Positions 10,851-24,664 of a stretch of DNA of 50,251 nucleotides are shown here, piece after piece. The stretch spans positions 91,536,463-91,586,713 of the forward strand of contig NC_068987.1 in the NCBI RefSeq assembly GCF_001194135.2, in the 5' to 3' direction. A model generated the notes under the pieces. The model saw nothing but the letters and a program-made list of their open reading frames with translations. It was not told the origin of the DNA and did no database searches. Made by a program: the position numbers and the translations under genes. Positions within the stretch are counted from its first letter, which is position 1, and every line of letters begins with the position of its first letter. This DNA comes from Octopus bimaculoides. Its lineage: Eukaryota.

Positions 10851-11748
10851 CTTGGAACGTATTTGTAGTTTTCTTCGATTAAGTACCAGGAACTAAAAGC
10901 CAACAGTATTGCTGAGGCATATTAAGGAATATAACAACCGGCTTTTGCTGATACAATTTCTGAAACATGTAATACTCCGCACAAATTACTAATAGTAAAC
11001 TCACTCTTTTCACTTTCGACGTAGTGCTGTATGTATTAGAGTTTATAGCATCCACATGTCGTAACAGAAGTGATAAATTACAATAGTTTCTTCATGCTTT
11101 ATTCGCGATAATATATTAACTCACAGAATTAACTTATGGTGAGGAACGACTGCAGATTGACAGATGCAATACAAAAGCATATTAAATTCAATTCCTGCAG
11201 TGTTTATTAGAAATGGGTTTGGAAGAAGCTTTTCGATTTATTTTTAAAGGAAGTGAAAATGCAGAATCGGATATTATACGGAGGAAAGCTCATTGTTAAA
11301 TTCCTATATGTTTGGTAAATCTTATTTAACACTCCTTGAATGCACTTACGTTTTCCACTTCAATCCTAGAGTTGTCCTAAAATTGTAATTGCTAAATTTA
11401 TACGTATTTTTTTTTCCAGTTGAAGTTAGCGGATCAGTTGAAGCTGTGGTAGACTTTACATACCATTCAACCTATTTATATTTATAAGAGGATTACGAGT
11501 CAAGGCTAAAAAAAGTGAAGCTTTGTCTACATTTGTGTGCCAATATTTCATTACATGAACAAATATAGGCACTCATATAAGCACACATGCGCACACAGAA
11601 TTTTCTTTGTCTTCTTTTCATTGGATACATACATATACATACATATATACATACATACATATATATCTATCAATATGTCTCTATTTGTCTGTCTGTCTCT
11701 CTCTATATATATGCATTTATACATTCATGCATGCATACATACATACAC

Positions 11749-11779
<31 letters not shown>

Positions 11780-12129
11780 NNNNNNNNNNNNNNNNNNNNN
11801 NNNNNNNNNNNNNNNNNNNNNNNNNNNNNNNNNNNNNNNNNNNNNNNNNNNNNNNNNNNNNNNNNNNNNNNNNNNNNNNNNNNNNNNNNNNNNNNNNNNN
11901 NNNNNNNNNNNNNNNNNNNNNNNNNNNNNNNNNNNNNNNNNNNNNNNNNNNNNNNNNNNNNNNNNNNNNNTATATATATATAGATAGATAGATAGATAGA
12001 TAGATATATGTATTTTGACAGAGATGTCCAGAGAATATGACGATCATAAAGCTCTGGGATGTGTCCAGGGAATTGAGCAAAGATTCGCTCCTTTACATAA
12101 CCTACAAAGAGGGTGGCATATGTGGGGCT

Positions 12130-12905
12130 CATCCTGGAATTCACCCATATCATATCTGATTCTTCTGTTTGCTTTCTGGACATCTCCATAAAAATACGCA
12201 ATACCTACCTCTTCACCTCTGTCTTCTATAAACCTACTGACTCCCACTCCTACTTCTACTACTCTTCCTCTCACCCCAAACACAATTTCTCCGACTTCGA
12301 CGACTTTGCAGCGTCGATTCGGATTTCGACTCCCATTGCAAAACGATGCAACAGTTTTTTTTCTAAATCGTGGGTATCCTACATGAGTTGTCCACCCGGC
12401 ACTCCACCGATCCCGAGCCGTCAACCGCAGCTCTCCTACCATCTTCACCCACTTCTACCGACCGTGTTCCACTCTCTCTCTCTCACCTACCATCCTTCCA
12501 TCCTTCCTCTAAATCTCACCCACAACTTTCGCAGTCATCTTTCTGACCCAACAACTGCTCCTATCTTTTCCACACCACCTCTCCTGTCCTTTAAAAAAGA
12601 TAGGAGTTTTCGAAATCTCCTTGTTAGAAGCTTCACAGCTCTCAGCTTCGACTAAACAGGAACCTTTAAGTGTTCTTACCGACGATATAACATATCCCTC
12701 TACATCAACAATATTACCACCATCTAGGGACCCAAGAAGCAATATCACATAATACACCACTTCTGTTGCACTTAGGCGAATCTCTTATATTGCATCATAT
12801 GCAAACTCTGCAGTGCACTTTACACTGGAGACACAAGACGACGACTTGGGGATCGCTTTGGCGAATACATCAGAAGCATAATGCTCCGTATGCCAGGCCA
12901 ACCAT
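12130..12905 (+). mobile_element. Penelope-like element fragment (RT C-terminus/thumb, linker, GIY-YIG endonuclease), frameshifted
   Basis: LEFTHIISDSSVCFLDISI..FYKPTDSHSYFYYSSSHPKH (PLE RT/thumb). LTYHP..NF..L.DPTT..IF..PPLLSFKK.R..RNLLVRS (linker). GTFKC..GPK..FCCT*ANLLYCIICKLCSALYTGDTRRRLGDRFGEY (GIY-YIG, about 12782-12867). Confidence 0.88.
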
Positions 12906-13777
12906 TTGTAGATCCATTTATTTAGGCAGAATGGTATACATATAAGATTCCAATATCTTGTGAGTAAATTCCAATAATATTTAAAATTGGTCATTCCAAG
13001 TATAGAGTTTGTACCAACTCTATGGATAAAACAGGAGTAGATAAAACAGGGGACAACTGATGAAGAGATTCTTCTTTAAGTTTCCTCTCTCGTTTCTGTA
13101 NNNNNNNNNNNNNNNNNNNNNNNNNNNNNNNNNNNNNNNNNNNNNNNNNNNNNNNNNNNNNNNNNNNNNNNNNNNNNNNNNNNNNNNNNNNNNNNNNNNN
13201 NNNNNNNNNNNNNNNNNNNNNNNNNNNNNNNNNNNNNNNNNNNNNNNNNNNNNNNNNNNNNNNNNNNNNNNNNNNNNNNNNNNNNNNNNNNNNNNNNNNN
13301 NNNNNNNNNNNNNNNNNNNNNNNNNNNNNNNNNNNNNNNNNNNNNNNNNNNNNNNNNNNNNNNNNNNNNNNNNNNNNNNNNNNNNNNNNNNNNNNNNNNN
13401 NNNNNNNNNNNNNNNNNNNNNNNNNNNNNNNNNNNNNNNNNNNNNNNNNNNNNNNNNNNNNNNNNNNNNNNNNNNNNNNNNNNNNNNNNNNNNATATATA
13501 CGGGGTGGGGGTGGGGTGAGTGTGTGTATGTAGGTATTATGTAAATACGTTTGCCAGCTGTTTTTTGAAGAACGAGGCAAAGAACAAATATTATCTGAAA
13601 TGGTTGTGTTATTGATAAGTCTGTCCAGAAATGTCTAACTGTTTATTTATTGTTGGTTTTAATAGAGAGAAAATATTAGACATTTGATTGGCTTTCGTTC
13701 AAGATATATTAATGTCATTTTGTACATTTTTCTGCGTGTCTGTGTGAATGTGTAAGTTTGAGCGTCTGTGACTTTGA

Positions 13778-13816
<39 letters not shown>

Positions 13817-13949
13817 ACTATGCGCACATATGACGATTATCTAGAAATTATTTTTTTCAGTAACCTATCTTAGTAATAGCAGTAACGACAACGTAACTAA
13901 AATCTGGTGGTGACTTGGTTTCGTTCATCTGGAAAAGTCATTCTCCAGT

Positions 13950-14570
13950 AAAATTATTTTTGTCTTTTTAAACAGAATATTTAAGCAGTTAACTTTGGAG
14001 CAAGTCTTTTGATAAAGTACTACTCAATTTTCTTCCGGCGTTTTGAATAATCATTTGGGCAATTTGAGAACGAGAAATATCTTGGATGATTTGTTTAAAT
14101 GAATTTCTAGATGTTTTTACAATGGGATCCTCTATATTCTGCGCGTGTTATCTGTTGTTTATGCATTCTTGCTTGTTCAGTGAGTTTCTCATCTGACGTC
14201 AGTCAACCGGAGACTCGCTTAGCAAGTAGGGTAAGTTATGCGATGTAATGAACTTCTTGTTTCCCAGTTTATGTTTGCATTTATTTGGATTGGATATCCC
14301 CTTTTAAACTTCGTATTGGATCCAGTTTCGAGATATTTGGAATCGTTAATGCATATTCACATTTGCTATATTCTCAAGCTTTTATGGACAGTTCAGAATT
14401 GTCCCACCGCATGAATTCTACTCTTGTGGGCTGTATATAGCGTTTTTGTGGTTGAAGTTTGTTGTTCTTTATGTAACTTATTATTTGACTCATGCACTTC
14501 GACTAAAGCTCTCATTTCACAGGTTTCAAACAGGATTGGCAGATTTGCTTTCCCGGTGGGTAATATGAAT
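13950..14570 (-). mobile_element. Possible heavily decayed Penelope-like RT thumb/linker remnant
   Basis: Only weak translated hints on the minus strand (IKNNKL..Y.QPT; KRGYP.QI). Many stops. Needs a translated search. Confidence 0.25.
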
Positions 14571-14612
14571 GTCACACCTGGATATATATGCAGGTAGATA
14601 TATGTAAGTGTA

Positions 14613-14678
<66 letters not shown>
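14613..14678. repeat. (TATC)n microsatellite
   Basis: Direct reading. Confidence 0.97.
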
Positions 14679-14679
<1 letters not shown>

Positions 14680-16084
14680 ACAGACATATAATATATAAAT
14701 ATGTGTATTGACATATGCAGGGTGTGTATCAGTTCATGTGTATACATATTCTACAATATATGCCTGATGTGTATACACAAATATATATACGCGTATCTTA
14801 ACACATATCTCTGTTTCTGAATACGTGTTTGAGTTAATAAGTATAGGACACTATCTGTATCCCGGCGTCAAATAATATTTAGTTTAGAAAAGAAATAATA
14901 TAGTAAAACAGAAAACGAACATGTTTATAGATAAATGAAAATATATAGAAAAATTAAACATGAATTACAGAAAAACAAAAGATTGATTAACCATAAGAAA
15001 CACGATGAATGTAGAGTAAGAAGTTAACAATAAAATAATGGGAAACATAATGGAAATGTAAAGGAAACTATAAAAAATGAAATACATTATAATAACTGAA
15101 AAAAAAAGCCTCAAACAAATGAAATACTCTTTAAATACAATTGTTTATAAATTTACCTGTCTATTTACTTAAGTTTGTTTCTCTCTATTTAACTACGCAA
15201 ATATAAACAGTGACACAAATGNNNNNNNNNNNNNNNNNNNNNNNNNNNNNNNNNNNNNNNNNNNNNNNNNNNNNNNNNNNNNNNNNNNNNNNNNNNNNNN
15301 NNNNNNNNNNNNNNNNNNNNNNNNNNNNNNNNNNNNNNNNNNNNNNNNNNNNNNNNNNNNNNNNNNNNNNNNNNNNNNNNNNNNNNNNNNNNNNNNNNNN
15401 NNNNNNNNNNNNNNNNNNNNNNNNNNNNNNNNNNNNNNNNNNNNNNNNNNNNNNNNNNNNNNNNNNNNNNNNNNNNNNNNNNNNNNNNNNNNNNNNNNNN
15501 NNNNNNNNNNNNNNNNNNNNNNNNNNNNNNNNNNNNNNNNATATATATATATATATATATACATTTATATATCTATGTCGCCATTCGTGCGTATACACAC
15601 TTGCATAATCACAAAAATATATTATCTGAACCTTTATCTCGCAATTTAAACTCCATGCGCACCAATATGTATAACTCTTTCGCTACACACACACGCATAC
15701 ACCCACACACACGCACATGCACACACACGCGCATTTATACATAATATATATTATATATATGTACATATTTATACACGTGTGGGAATATGTGAGTATGTGT
15801 ATATGTATGTATCTATACGGACACAAAGACACCCACACAGACTCATGCATATGGGTGGATGCATTTTTAAGAGCGAGATGATTGAAGTGTTGTGAATACA
15901 GCTATCTGGAAGAGAGGATTCGATGTCATTATAGGGTTAAATTTCTGTTATATTAGAATACTCTCGCCCGTATAGTAACGCGCCTACGTGGATTTCAGAT
16001 TATATGTGCATCTCAGCATATTTCAGTGTGCGCGGGAAAGGAGTAGATATAGCTGCGTGATTGCGAAGCTCGCTTTGCAACCAG

Positions 16085-16213
16085 ATGGAATCAGGTTAGT
16101 CTGCGCAGTGGCCTCACAATCGCAGGTTTTACTGTATTCCTGGGGCGACTATTGCCTTGGCAGTGAATTTTGTAGACAGGAACTATGGAAACCCGTCCTA
16201 TATATACACATAC

Positions 16214-16278
<65 letters not shown>

Positions 16279-16500
16279 TATATAGATGTGTACATGAGTT
16301 TGTGTATGTGCATGTCCCCAAACTGTTAGAAAACGAATAGGGGTTTGTTTATTGCCCCAAAATTACCGGTTCGTCAAAAGAGAGCGGTAGAATAAGTACC
16401 AGAGTTTACAAATAAATACTACAATTTATCTATTCCACTAAAACACTTCAAAGAGGTGATCCAGCATGGTCGTAGTCCAACGAATGAATGAAGCAAATTA
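16085..16500 (+). mobile_element. Old SINE family A-related copy with internal (TA)n
   Basis: gccttggcagtgaattttgtagacaggaactatggaaacccgtcctatat and the tail ttcaaagaggtgatccagcatggtcgtagtc align loosely to 38160-38440. A related fragment lies at about 17935-17975. Confidence 0.55.
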
Positions 16501-16687
16501 AATGATATATTATATACACATGTGTGTGTGTGAGTGTGGGAGATCGTTTGGTTGCATACAACTTTTCGGTATTACACGTACACGTATACTAGCTTACATG
16601 GCTGTCTTCTCAGCCCACGTTTGTATATATGTTTGTACAGTATGTGTATGTATATACGTATGTATATACGTGCATACATATGTGTGC

Positions 16688-16723
<36 letters not shown>

Positions 16724-18750
16724 NNNNNNNNNNNNNNNNNNNNNNNNNNNNNNNNNNNNNNNNNNNNNNNNNNNNNNNNNNNNNNNNNNNNNNNNNNNNN
16801 NNNNNNNNNNNNNNNNNNNNNNNNNNNNNNNNNNNNNNNNNNNNNNNNNNNNNNNNNNNNNNNNNNNNNNNNNNNNNNNNNNNNNNNNNNNNNNNNNNNN
16901 NNNNNNNNNNNNNNNNNNNNNNNNNNNNNNNNNNNNNNNNNNNNNNNNNNNNNNNNNNNNNNNNNNNNNNNNNNNNNNNNNNNNNNNNNNNNNNNNNNNN
17001 NNNNNNNNNNNNNNNNNNNNNNNNNNNNNNNNNNNNNNNNNNNNNNNNNNNNNNNNNNNNNNNNNNNNNNNNNNNNNNNNNNNNNNNNNNNNNNNNNNNN
17101 NNNNNNNNNNNNNNNNNNNNNNNNNNNNNNNNNNNNNNNNNNNNNNNNNNNNNNNNNNNNNNNNNNNNNNNNNNNNNNNNNNNNNNNNNNNNNNNNNNNN
17201 NNNNNNNNNNNNNNNNNNNNNNNNNNNNNNNNNNNNNNNNNNNNNNNNNNNNNNNNNNNNNNNNNNNNNNNNNNNNNNNNNNNNNNNNNNNNNNNNNNNN
17301 NNNNNNNNNNNNNNNNNNNNNNNNNNNNNNNNATATATATATATATACACGCATATATACGCATATATGTGCATATATATGCGTAAATATCCCTCTCCTT
17401 TTCCCTTTCTCTTTCTACACGAATATATATCTGTGTGTGTATATGTTGATATACAAACATGTATATGAACCAACTCATTACATTAAACCAACGTATTTCA
17501 TTTTTATCCTATTTTAATATCAGTATGGAGGAGTGTATATGCGTGTGTATACGTGTGTATGTTGTGTGTGTGTGTGTGTGTATGTGCCAATGTAAATCTC
17601 CTGGCTTTCATTTTCTGTGTGTATATGCGTGTTGTGCCTATTCTGTTACTATTCCTGGGTGTGCTCATATACATACTGGTATGAAAATTCCTGTTGATAT
17701 GATTCTTGTTGCTGAATTAGCTAAGTCCCACCTCCTTTCCTTAAACTAATGATCTTTTCCGTAACCAATTCTCTGCAGACTTAATCCCTCTTCTTTCTAT
17801 CTCCACTCCACTCATATCAGTAACCCTTATCTTCTTTTCTCCTGACAGTCATTTCTTAGATCACTTCCCAGAGTCTTATGCACAACTGCTAATCCTCTCC
17901 AAATCCCTGTCTTTCCCCACCAGACAACCAGTAGGAGTTTGTTTATTGCCCCAAACTTACCGGTTCGCCAAAAGACAAATACGGCAAAAGAAACAGCATA
18001 TTTCTGAGTCTCCCCGAAGAAATACTGTGTACGAAGCGTCAAGAATCCATCCCCCAATGACAACCAAATGTGGGAAACTTTCAGGTTAATGTGCACACAC
18101 AGATATTCACACATACACACACACTCCTGCATACACACACACATGCATACACACGTGCGTACACACATATATTCGTATGTATGTTGAAATATGTACATGT
18201 ACATATATATATTACATAAACACCGCGGTTAAGTTGATGAGCTAAAAACGAGTCAAACAAATAATACATTGAAGCAGATAATCGTAAACATGGGACTGAA
18301 AAATACAAATATTAATTAAAAAAGCAAAAATCAAGGAAGTGTACAATGAGCACAAATACACCAAAAGCAGAAGTGGAATTGAACGTACTTTTTTCTGGAT
18401 ATGCCCTTTATCTAAGAGGAGGAAAAGTATTAAGAGTGGCAAAAGGATAAAAAAAAATGCACGATATTGAAAGTAAGAAATCTGTTTACATAGCAGGTCT
18501 AATGCATGAGTGAATCTGGCGAGTAGGATAGAAGGACCTGATGTGGAGGTATTATCACATTTTCACTTTTGTAGAGAATAAATAGCATTTCTTGAAATAC
18601 ATGTAGCTATGTGTGTAGCAGTCATGCTTGCATTATATTACATGTGGTCAACCAGGTATATTCATATACATATGTGTATATACATATATACAAACGACAA
18701 GCATGCACACATACAGAGTTCTAAAACTAGCACATACATACTATTCGTCA

Positions 18751-19051
18751 TGGCACTTCATGGGTTACGACGACGAGGGTTCCAGTTGACCCGATCAACG
18801 GAACAGCCTGCCCGTGAAATTATCGTGTAAGTGGCTGAGCACTCCACAGATACCTGTACCCTTAATGTAGTTCTCGGGGATATTCAGCGTGACACAGTGT
18901 GTAACAAGGCTGGCCCTTTGAAACACAGGTACAACAGAAACAGGAACTTTAGGTCGTTTCCTTCAAAAAACACAACGCACGGTCTAGGAATCGAAACTGC
19001 GGTCCCATGACTGCATGCCCGCTGCCCTAGCCACTGGGCCATTGCACCTCC
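18751..19051 (-). mobile_element. SINE family C (tRNA-like head)
   Basis: Minus-strand A box tggcccagtgg and B box gtttcgattcc. The body is the reverse complement of 32754-33028 (gagaactacattaagggtac..tctgtggagtgctcagccact..gttccgttgatc..tcgtcgtaacc). Confidence 0.85.
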
Positions 19052-20208
19052 ACATATACTAGTAGTTGTGTGTATATATATGATAGTATAAGATATTTCT
19101 TCCTATGCTATTGCATCGAAAAATATTTTATCAATACGGCCTTTCTTTTTCAAAACGGTTTGGGCATGACATGGGCCGGCATAGGAGTCATGTTGTTGAC
19201 GTTTGTAATTTGTTAGTGTTTCTAACGAATAAAGATTATTGCCCGAGCTGGCAGAATCGTTATAACCAGAATTAACTCCTGACGGCTGATGTGAAAGCCG
19301 AAGGCTAAGAAAAAATTGAGGCAAACTTGGCGGGAAGTCTACAAAAATTGGAACAGAATTTCAGAGGAACGCAGACGACAAAATTATTCGAGTTTTATTT
19401 TTAAAAGAGACCATAAAAATGTGAGAAATATGAATGCTTATTTAAGAAAATTATTGTTCTTAAATAGCTGCCGAAATAATTGCCTAAATAATTGACACGA
19501 AAGTATGAAAAGTCTGTAATAAAATAGATAAAACTGGAGCACACATGCACAACTACCATAATGATTAAAGTTGAACACACACACACATATATATTATATG
19601 TAAATATATATTATATATTAACGTATGTATGTACACACGCACACACAGAGTCACATACACATATACACACGCACACACATATAATCCAAGAGTTGGTACA
19701 GAAACACTTGTAACGAACCATTAAAGATGTGTTATAGAATTTCTTTGTTTTATTATCATTTGGATTATAATTTATTCTTCGGCAAACTAACATTATGCTG
19801 TGGCCGTTGTGAAATCAGGATTTCCGACATTGGTTTGGAGCCGGACAGTGTTGATAGCCCAGTGTTCGGACTGAGTGTTTCTCTGAGAATATCCTACCAG
19901 GACATAAGACCGTTATTTAAATACCGATCAAATCAAGTGGAAGCATGGCGAGGAAAAAATCTTATAGGTTATAATTATTATTAAAATTAAAAAATAAGGG
20001 TATCTAAGCGATACCACCATGCTTGAAATAGCAGTCAAAACCTGACCTAAAACCACATCATGTATTCAATACAGAACGAGGTGAAAAGACAAATAGATAA
20101 ACAAACTAGTAAAGATTGGATAATTCCAGATCCCGGGTTTCTGGTTCTGTATAAAGATAACTTGCCTTCGTCAATGAAATATCTCTTAGATACCCTTATT
20201 TATAATCT

Positions 20209-20295
<87 letters not shown>

Positions 20296-21649
20296 CATAT
20301 ATGTATGTGTGGATCTGTATGGATGTGTGTATGTATATAGAATCGATTCAATCCTTTTGTCAACTGCCTCTTTTAGTAGAAGATTTGTACTAAGACTTGT
20401 TTTCTAGTACAACATGCGCGCGTGCTCTTACTAGACGTACAAACCACAAGAGAAAAATATATTAAAAAGAGAACTCTTCGGATTTGATCATATCAAAATA
20501 TAATATTGTGCTCTGATAAGATGGAAATTTTATTAAATTTAAAAGGGAAACGAAAGGAATATATTTGCTGCAAGTCTTGTAGAAAATAAATTTTATCTCT
20601 TGTGTCACGAAGCGTAAGTTTGCTGCGATATTCGCTTGTGCGATGCGTTAGATATCCGGAGAATGTTATAATGCTATAGTAACAGATGCACGATTTACGT
20701 GTCCTGGAGGAAGATGCTTACGTCAAATGTGACACACATAGTCTTCTATACACAAACATGCATATATACATACATATACAAAGAGAAACATATTGACATA
20801 CATACACACACACATATGTACATGTGTGCGTTTGTGTGTACACATACACACATATACATATATGTATATGCATATACATATGTGCTTAGATCATTGTCTT
20901 TTTCTCTCTTCGAGTGTATGTGCGTATTTTTGTGTGTATATAATACATATTTTCAAATATCAGCAAATGGGAAGACAAAAGCATTTAGCAATGCACAGAA
21001 CCACGTGTATTTATGTATGCTATGTATACATCTATATATGTAAAGTGTAGGATCAGGTGTTCGAATCATGAGTGTATGGAGAAACTATGTTATAAGAAAT
21101 ATGCAGTGGAAGTAGTAGTCAGTTACAACCGGCGCCACAGAGGCTTAGAACGACGACAAGACTGCGGGTAAATTCTACCCATCGTAGTTGGATGTGTCTT
21201 TCATCAGCTTTCTAATTGGAAGGATCTTGTTAATCATCCATATTTTCAGACTATTTTATTTGAATGTCCTGAGCGAAAGAGACAGAGAGAGTAATTGATG
21301 TGAGAACAAAGACAGGATCCCGTAAAACCATTAGGCATTCACTCATCTACCAAAGTTTGTTTCTAACCTTTTCGTAAAACCAGAGAGGAAACTGTAGGCT
21401 CGCGAGCTAGAATTTACAAAATTGTTCTTCTTCCTAGAAATCGAATGAAAAACTGAGACATCAACAGTTGCTCCAGACGATGGTAAACGTCACAGAATTC
21501 GCGTTCCAACATATGTTACATCGACGGATGCGTCATGACTGGGTGGAGAAAATATTGAAGTTGACAAGATTTAACAAAAAATACATTTCTCTTTAACGTT
21601 TACTTTCATTCTTCAGTAAGAACAAATAAATATATTTATTTCCACGATA

Positions 21650-21812
21650 TGTGAATTACAATATTCTTTTGTACCGAAAGCACAAAGCTCGATATTTTGG
21701 GGGAGGGGCTAGTCGATTAGATCGACCTCAGTACGCAATTGGTACATTATTTATCGATCCCGAAAGGATGAAAGGCAAAGTCAACCTCGGCGGAATTGTG
21801 AATTACAATATT
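21650..21812 (-). mobile_element. 5'-truncated SINE family B copy with 16-bp target-site duplication
   Basis: Family B core and tail at 21666-21796, flanked by tgtgaattacaatatt at 21650-21665 and 21797-21812. Confidence 0.88.
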
Positions 21813-21894
21813 ATCTTAAAGATGCTCGTATAGGCTTGCACTTACTACAGGCACGCAATGCGCAAAGACTTGCTAAGAAACACAATTGTATATA

Positions 21895-23100
21895 CGGGGG
21901 ATGGACAAAATAATGGAAACACCTTAATATTCCGAACAAATTTCTTTTAATACGGGGTAGGACCGCCTTTGGCAGTAATTAAAGCTTGAATTCTACGAGG
22001 TATGAACTCGTACAAAGTTTGAATTGTTTCCAAAGCAATTTTTGTCCATTCTTCAGCTAAAACAGTCTCCAGTTCTTGTAGTGATGATGGTGGAGGATAT
22101 TGACTCCTTACTTGTTTTCTAAAATGCACCATAAATGTTCAATAATATTGAGATCTAGGGATTGTGGTGGTGGCCAGATAAGATGTTCAACTTCACTAGA
22201 ATGTTCCTCGTGCCATTCAGTAACAACTTTAGCTATATGAATTGGTGCATTATCGTCCTTAAAGTTTGCGTTTCCCTCCGGAAACAGTTCCGCAAACAGG
22301 ATAACTTTGATCAGATAAAATTGACTATTAATTCTGCCATGAAGGGAAACCATTAGGCAGGCAAATTTCCAAGAAATAGCCCCTCTCTAGACCATCACAG
22401 ATCTTCCTCCACGTTTAACAGTTGGAAAAAGGTAGTCTGGGTCAAATGCTTCTTTTGGCTGTCTCCACACGTAAGCTCAGCCGCTGGTCGGAAATAAGGT
22501 AAAGGATGATTCGTCCGAGAAAATAACATTCCTCCACTCTAAACGCTTTGCAACGTTGAAAGTAGTGGTTTTCTGATTACAGCCCTCCCGTGAAATCCGG
22601 CTTTGTGCAGCTCCCGGCGAACAGTCTTTGTGGAAACTGGGTTCTTGCAGTGGTCATTAAACTCTGTAATAATTTTGGGAGCTGTACTTTTGTGATCCAT
22701 TCTAAAAATTTGTGTAAGAGTCCGACGGTCCCTATCTGAAAGTTTTAGTTTTCTTCGGGAGTCTTGTTTCGATGAGGAGGTTTTTCCATCTTTCTCAAAA
22801 GCTGTCATTACTTCCGAGAAAGTTCCTCTTGATACACCAAACATTTCGGCTGTTTTCGTTACGCTAGCGCCTGCAATAGGAGCACCAGCAATTTGACCCC
22901 TTTGAAAGTCCGATAGATTTGTCATTTTAATGAATTTTAATTAATAACTGAAAGGAAACAACAATTTTAGCAAAACATATTAAGCAGCACTAATAATAAA
23001 AAATAAATAAATAAATAAACAAGCTTTTGACGGTTTTATAGATATTTCAAAATTATGATGCTATGATGCTAGGTGTTTCCATTATTTCCTCCAACACCTG
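21895..23100 (-). mobile_element. Full-length Tc1-family DNA transposon (Incomer/DD36E-like), inactive
   Basis: 30-bp TIRs at 21895-21924 and 23071-23100 (25/30 identical). TA dinucleotide on both flanks (21893-94, 23101-02). Length 1206 bp. Contains a transposase pseudogene. Confidence 0.93.
21947..22925 (-). pseudogene. Tc1-type DDE transposase pseudogene (stops and frameshifts)
   Basis: MTNLSDFQRGQIAGA..GVSRGT (paired-like HTH), VSTKTVRRELHKAG, FSDESSF, FKDDNAPIH, WPPPQSLDLNIIEHLW, ..GGPTPY*. Split over at least three frames (ORFs 22925-22539, 22353-22108, 22132-21947). Confidence 0.92.
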
Positions 23101-23705
23101 TATATTTATGTGTACGTGTGAGTGTGTGTTGTGTGTGTGTATACATACGTACACGCATAAATGTCCGTTATGTATANNNNNNNNNNNNNNNNNNNNNNNN
23201 NNNNNNNNNNNNNNNNNNNNNNNNNNNNNNNNNNNNNNNNNNNNNNNNNNNNNNNNNNNNNNNNNNNNNNNNNNNNNNNNNNNNNNNNNNNNNNNNNNNN
23301 NNNNNNNNNNNNNNNNNNNNNNNNNNNNNNNNNNNNNNNNNNNNNNNNNNNNNNNNNNNNNNNNNNNNNNNNNNNNNNNNNNNNNNNNNNNNNNNNNNNN
23401 NNNNNNNNNNNNNNNNNNNNNNNNNNNNNNNNNNNNNNNNNNNNNNNNNNNNNNNNNNNNNNNNNNNNNNNNNNNNNNNNNNNNNNNNNNNNNNNNNNNN
23501 NNNNNNNNNNNNNNNNNNNNNNNNNNNNNNNNNNNNNNNNNNNNNNNNNNNNNNNNNNNNNNNNNNNNNNNNNNNNNNNNNNNNNNNNNNNNNNNNNNNN
23601 NNNNNNNNNNNNNNNNNNNNNNNNNNNNNNNNNNNNNNNNNNNNNNNNNNNNNNNNNNNNNNNNNNNNNNNNNNNNNNNNNNNNNNNNNNNNNNNNNNNN
23701 NNNNN

Positions 23706-23810
<105 letters not shown>

Positions 23811-23895
23811 CACATACATATATACGTATGAAAAGATACGCTTATAAATTTAACTTCACTGATAAATTGCAAATATATATTGAAAGTATATGTGT

Positions 23896-23941
<46 letters not shown>

Positions 23942-24409
23942 CCACACACATGCATATGTATATAGATATATGTATCTGTGGGGGCATATATATATATGTG
24001 TGTGTGTGTGTGCGTGAGTGTGTGTGGGTGTATATATGCATGCATTTGTACGTTTGTGTGTGTGTATGTGTGTGTGTATGCGTGTGTGTATGTGTGTGAG
24101 TGTATGTGTGTGTATGGACATACTCTTGAACATGGAAATCTACATTGACAGCTCTAAATGCATAAATACTATACGGATAAGAGTACATAAACGAATATAT
24201 ATACCGCTACACCCTAGCAACACTTGCTATTTATCTTAAGGAAAGTTTGGCTGACCTCTCAAAGAATGCTGGTCTTGACCCAAGTTTTCTCATCGCCAAG
24301 TATGAATGGAAGCGAAAATTAATGAGTCCAGATCTTTGAAGTTCACCTTTTATGATTGATATCAAATCGTTGTGTAACTTATTAATTATACACTCGAACA
24401 ACGACTTGA

Positions 24410-24410
<1 letters not shown>

Positions 24411-24480
<70 letters not shown>

Positions 24481-24531
24481 ATCTATCTATATCTATCTAT
24501 CTATCTCTTTCTATCTGTCTGCCTGTCTGTG

Positions 24532-24612
<81 letters not shown>

Positions 24613-24620
24613 GTCTATCT
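24411..24620. repeat. (TATC)n compound microsatellite
   Basis: Direct reading. Confidence 0.97.
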
Positions 24621-24664
24621 TTTTCTGTGTGTCTAATTATTCTTTATCTATCGATGTATATATG

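Noticed and set aside
11194-11490. Possible + strand exons after ttcctgcAG (about 11200) and ttttccAG (about 11420)
   Set aside because: Frames hit stops quickly, donors are weak and no homology is recognised.
21410-21490. 45-nt candidate exon (ttcttcttcctAG|aaatcg..gacgatg|GTaaac; KSNEKLRHQQLLQTM)
   Set aside because: Plausible signals, but expected by chance, with no supporting neighbouring exon.
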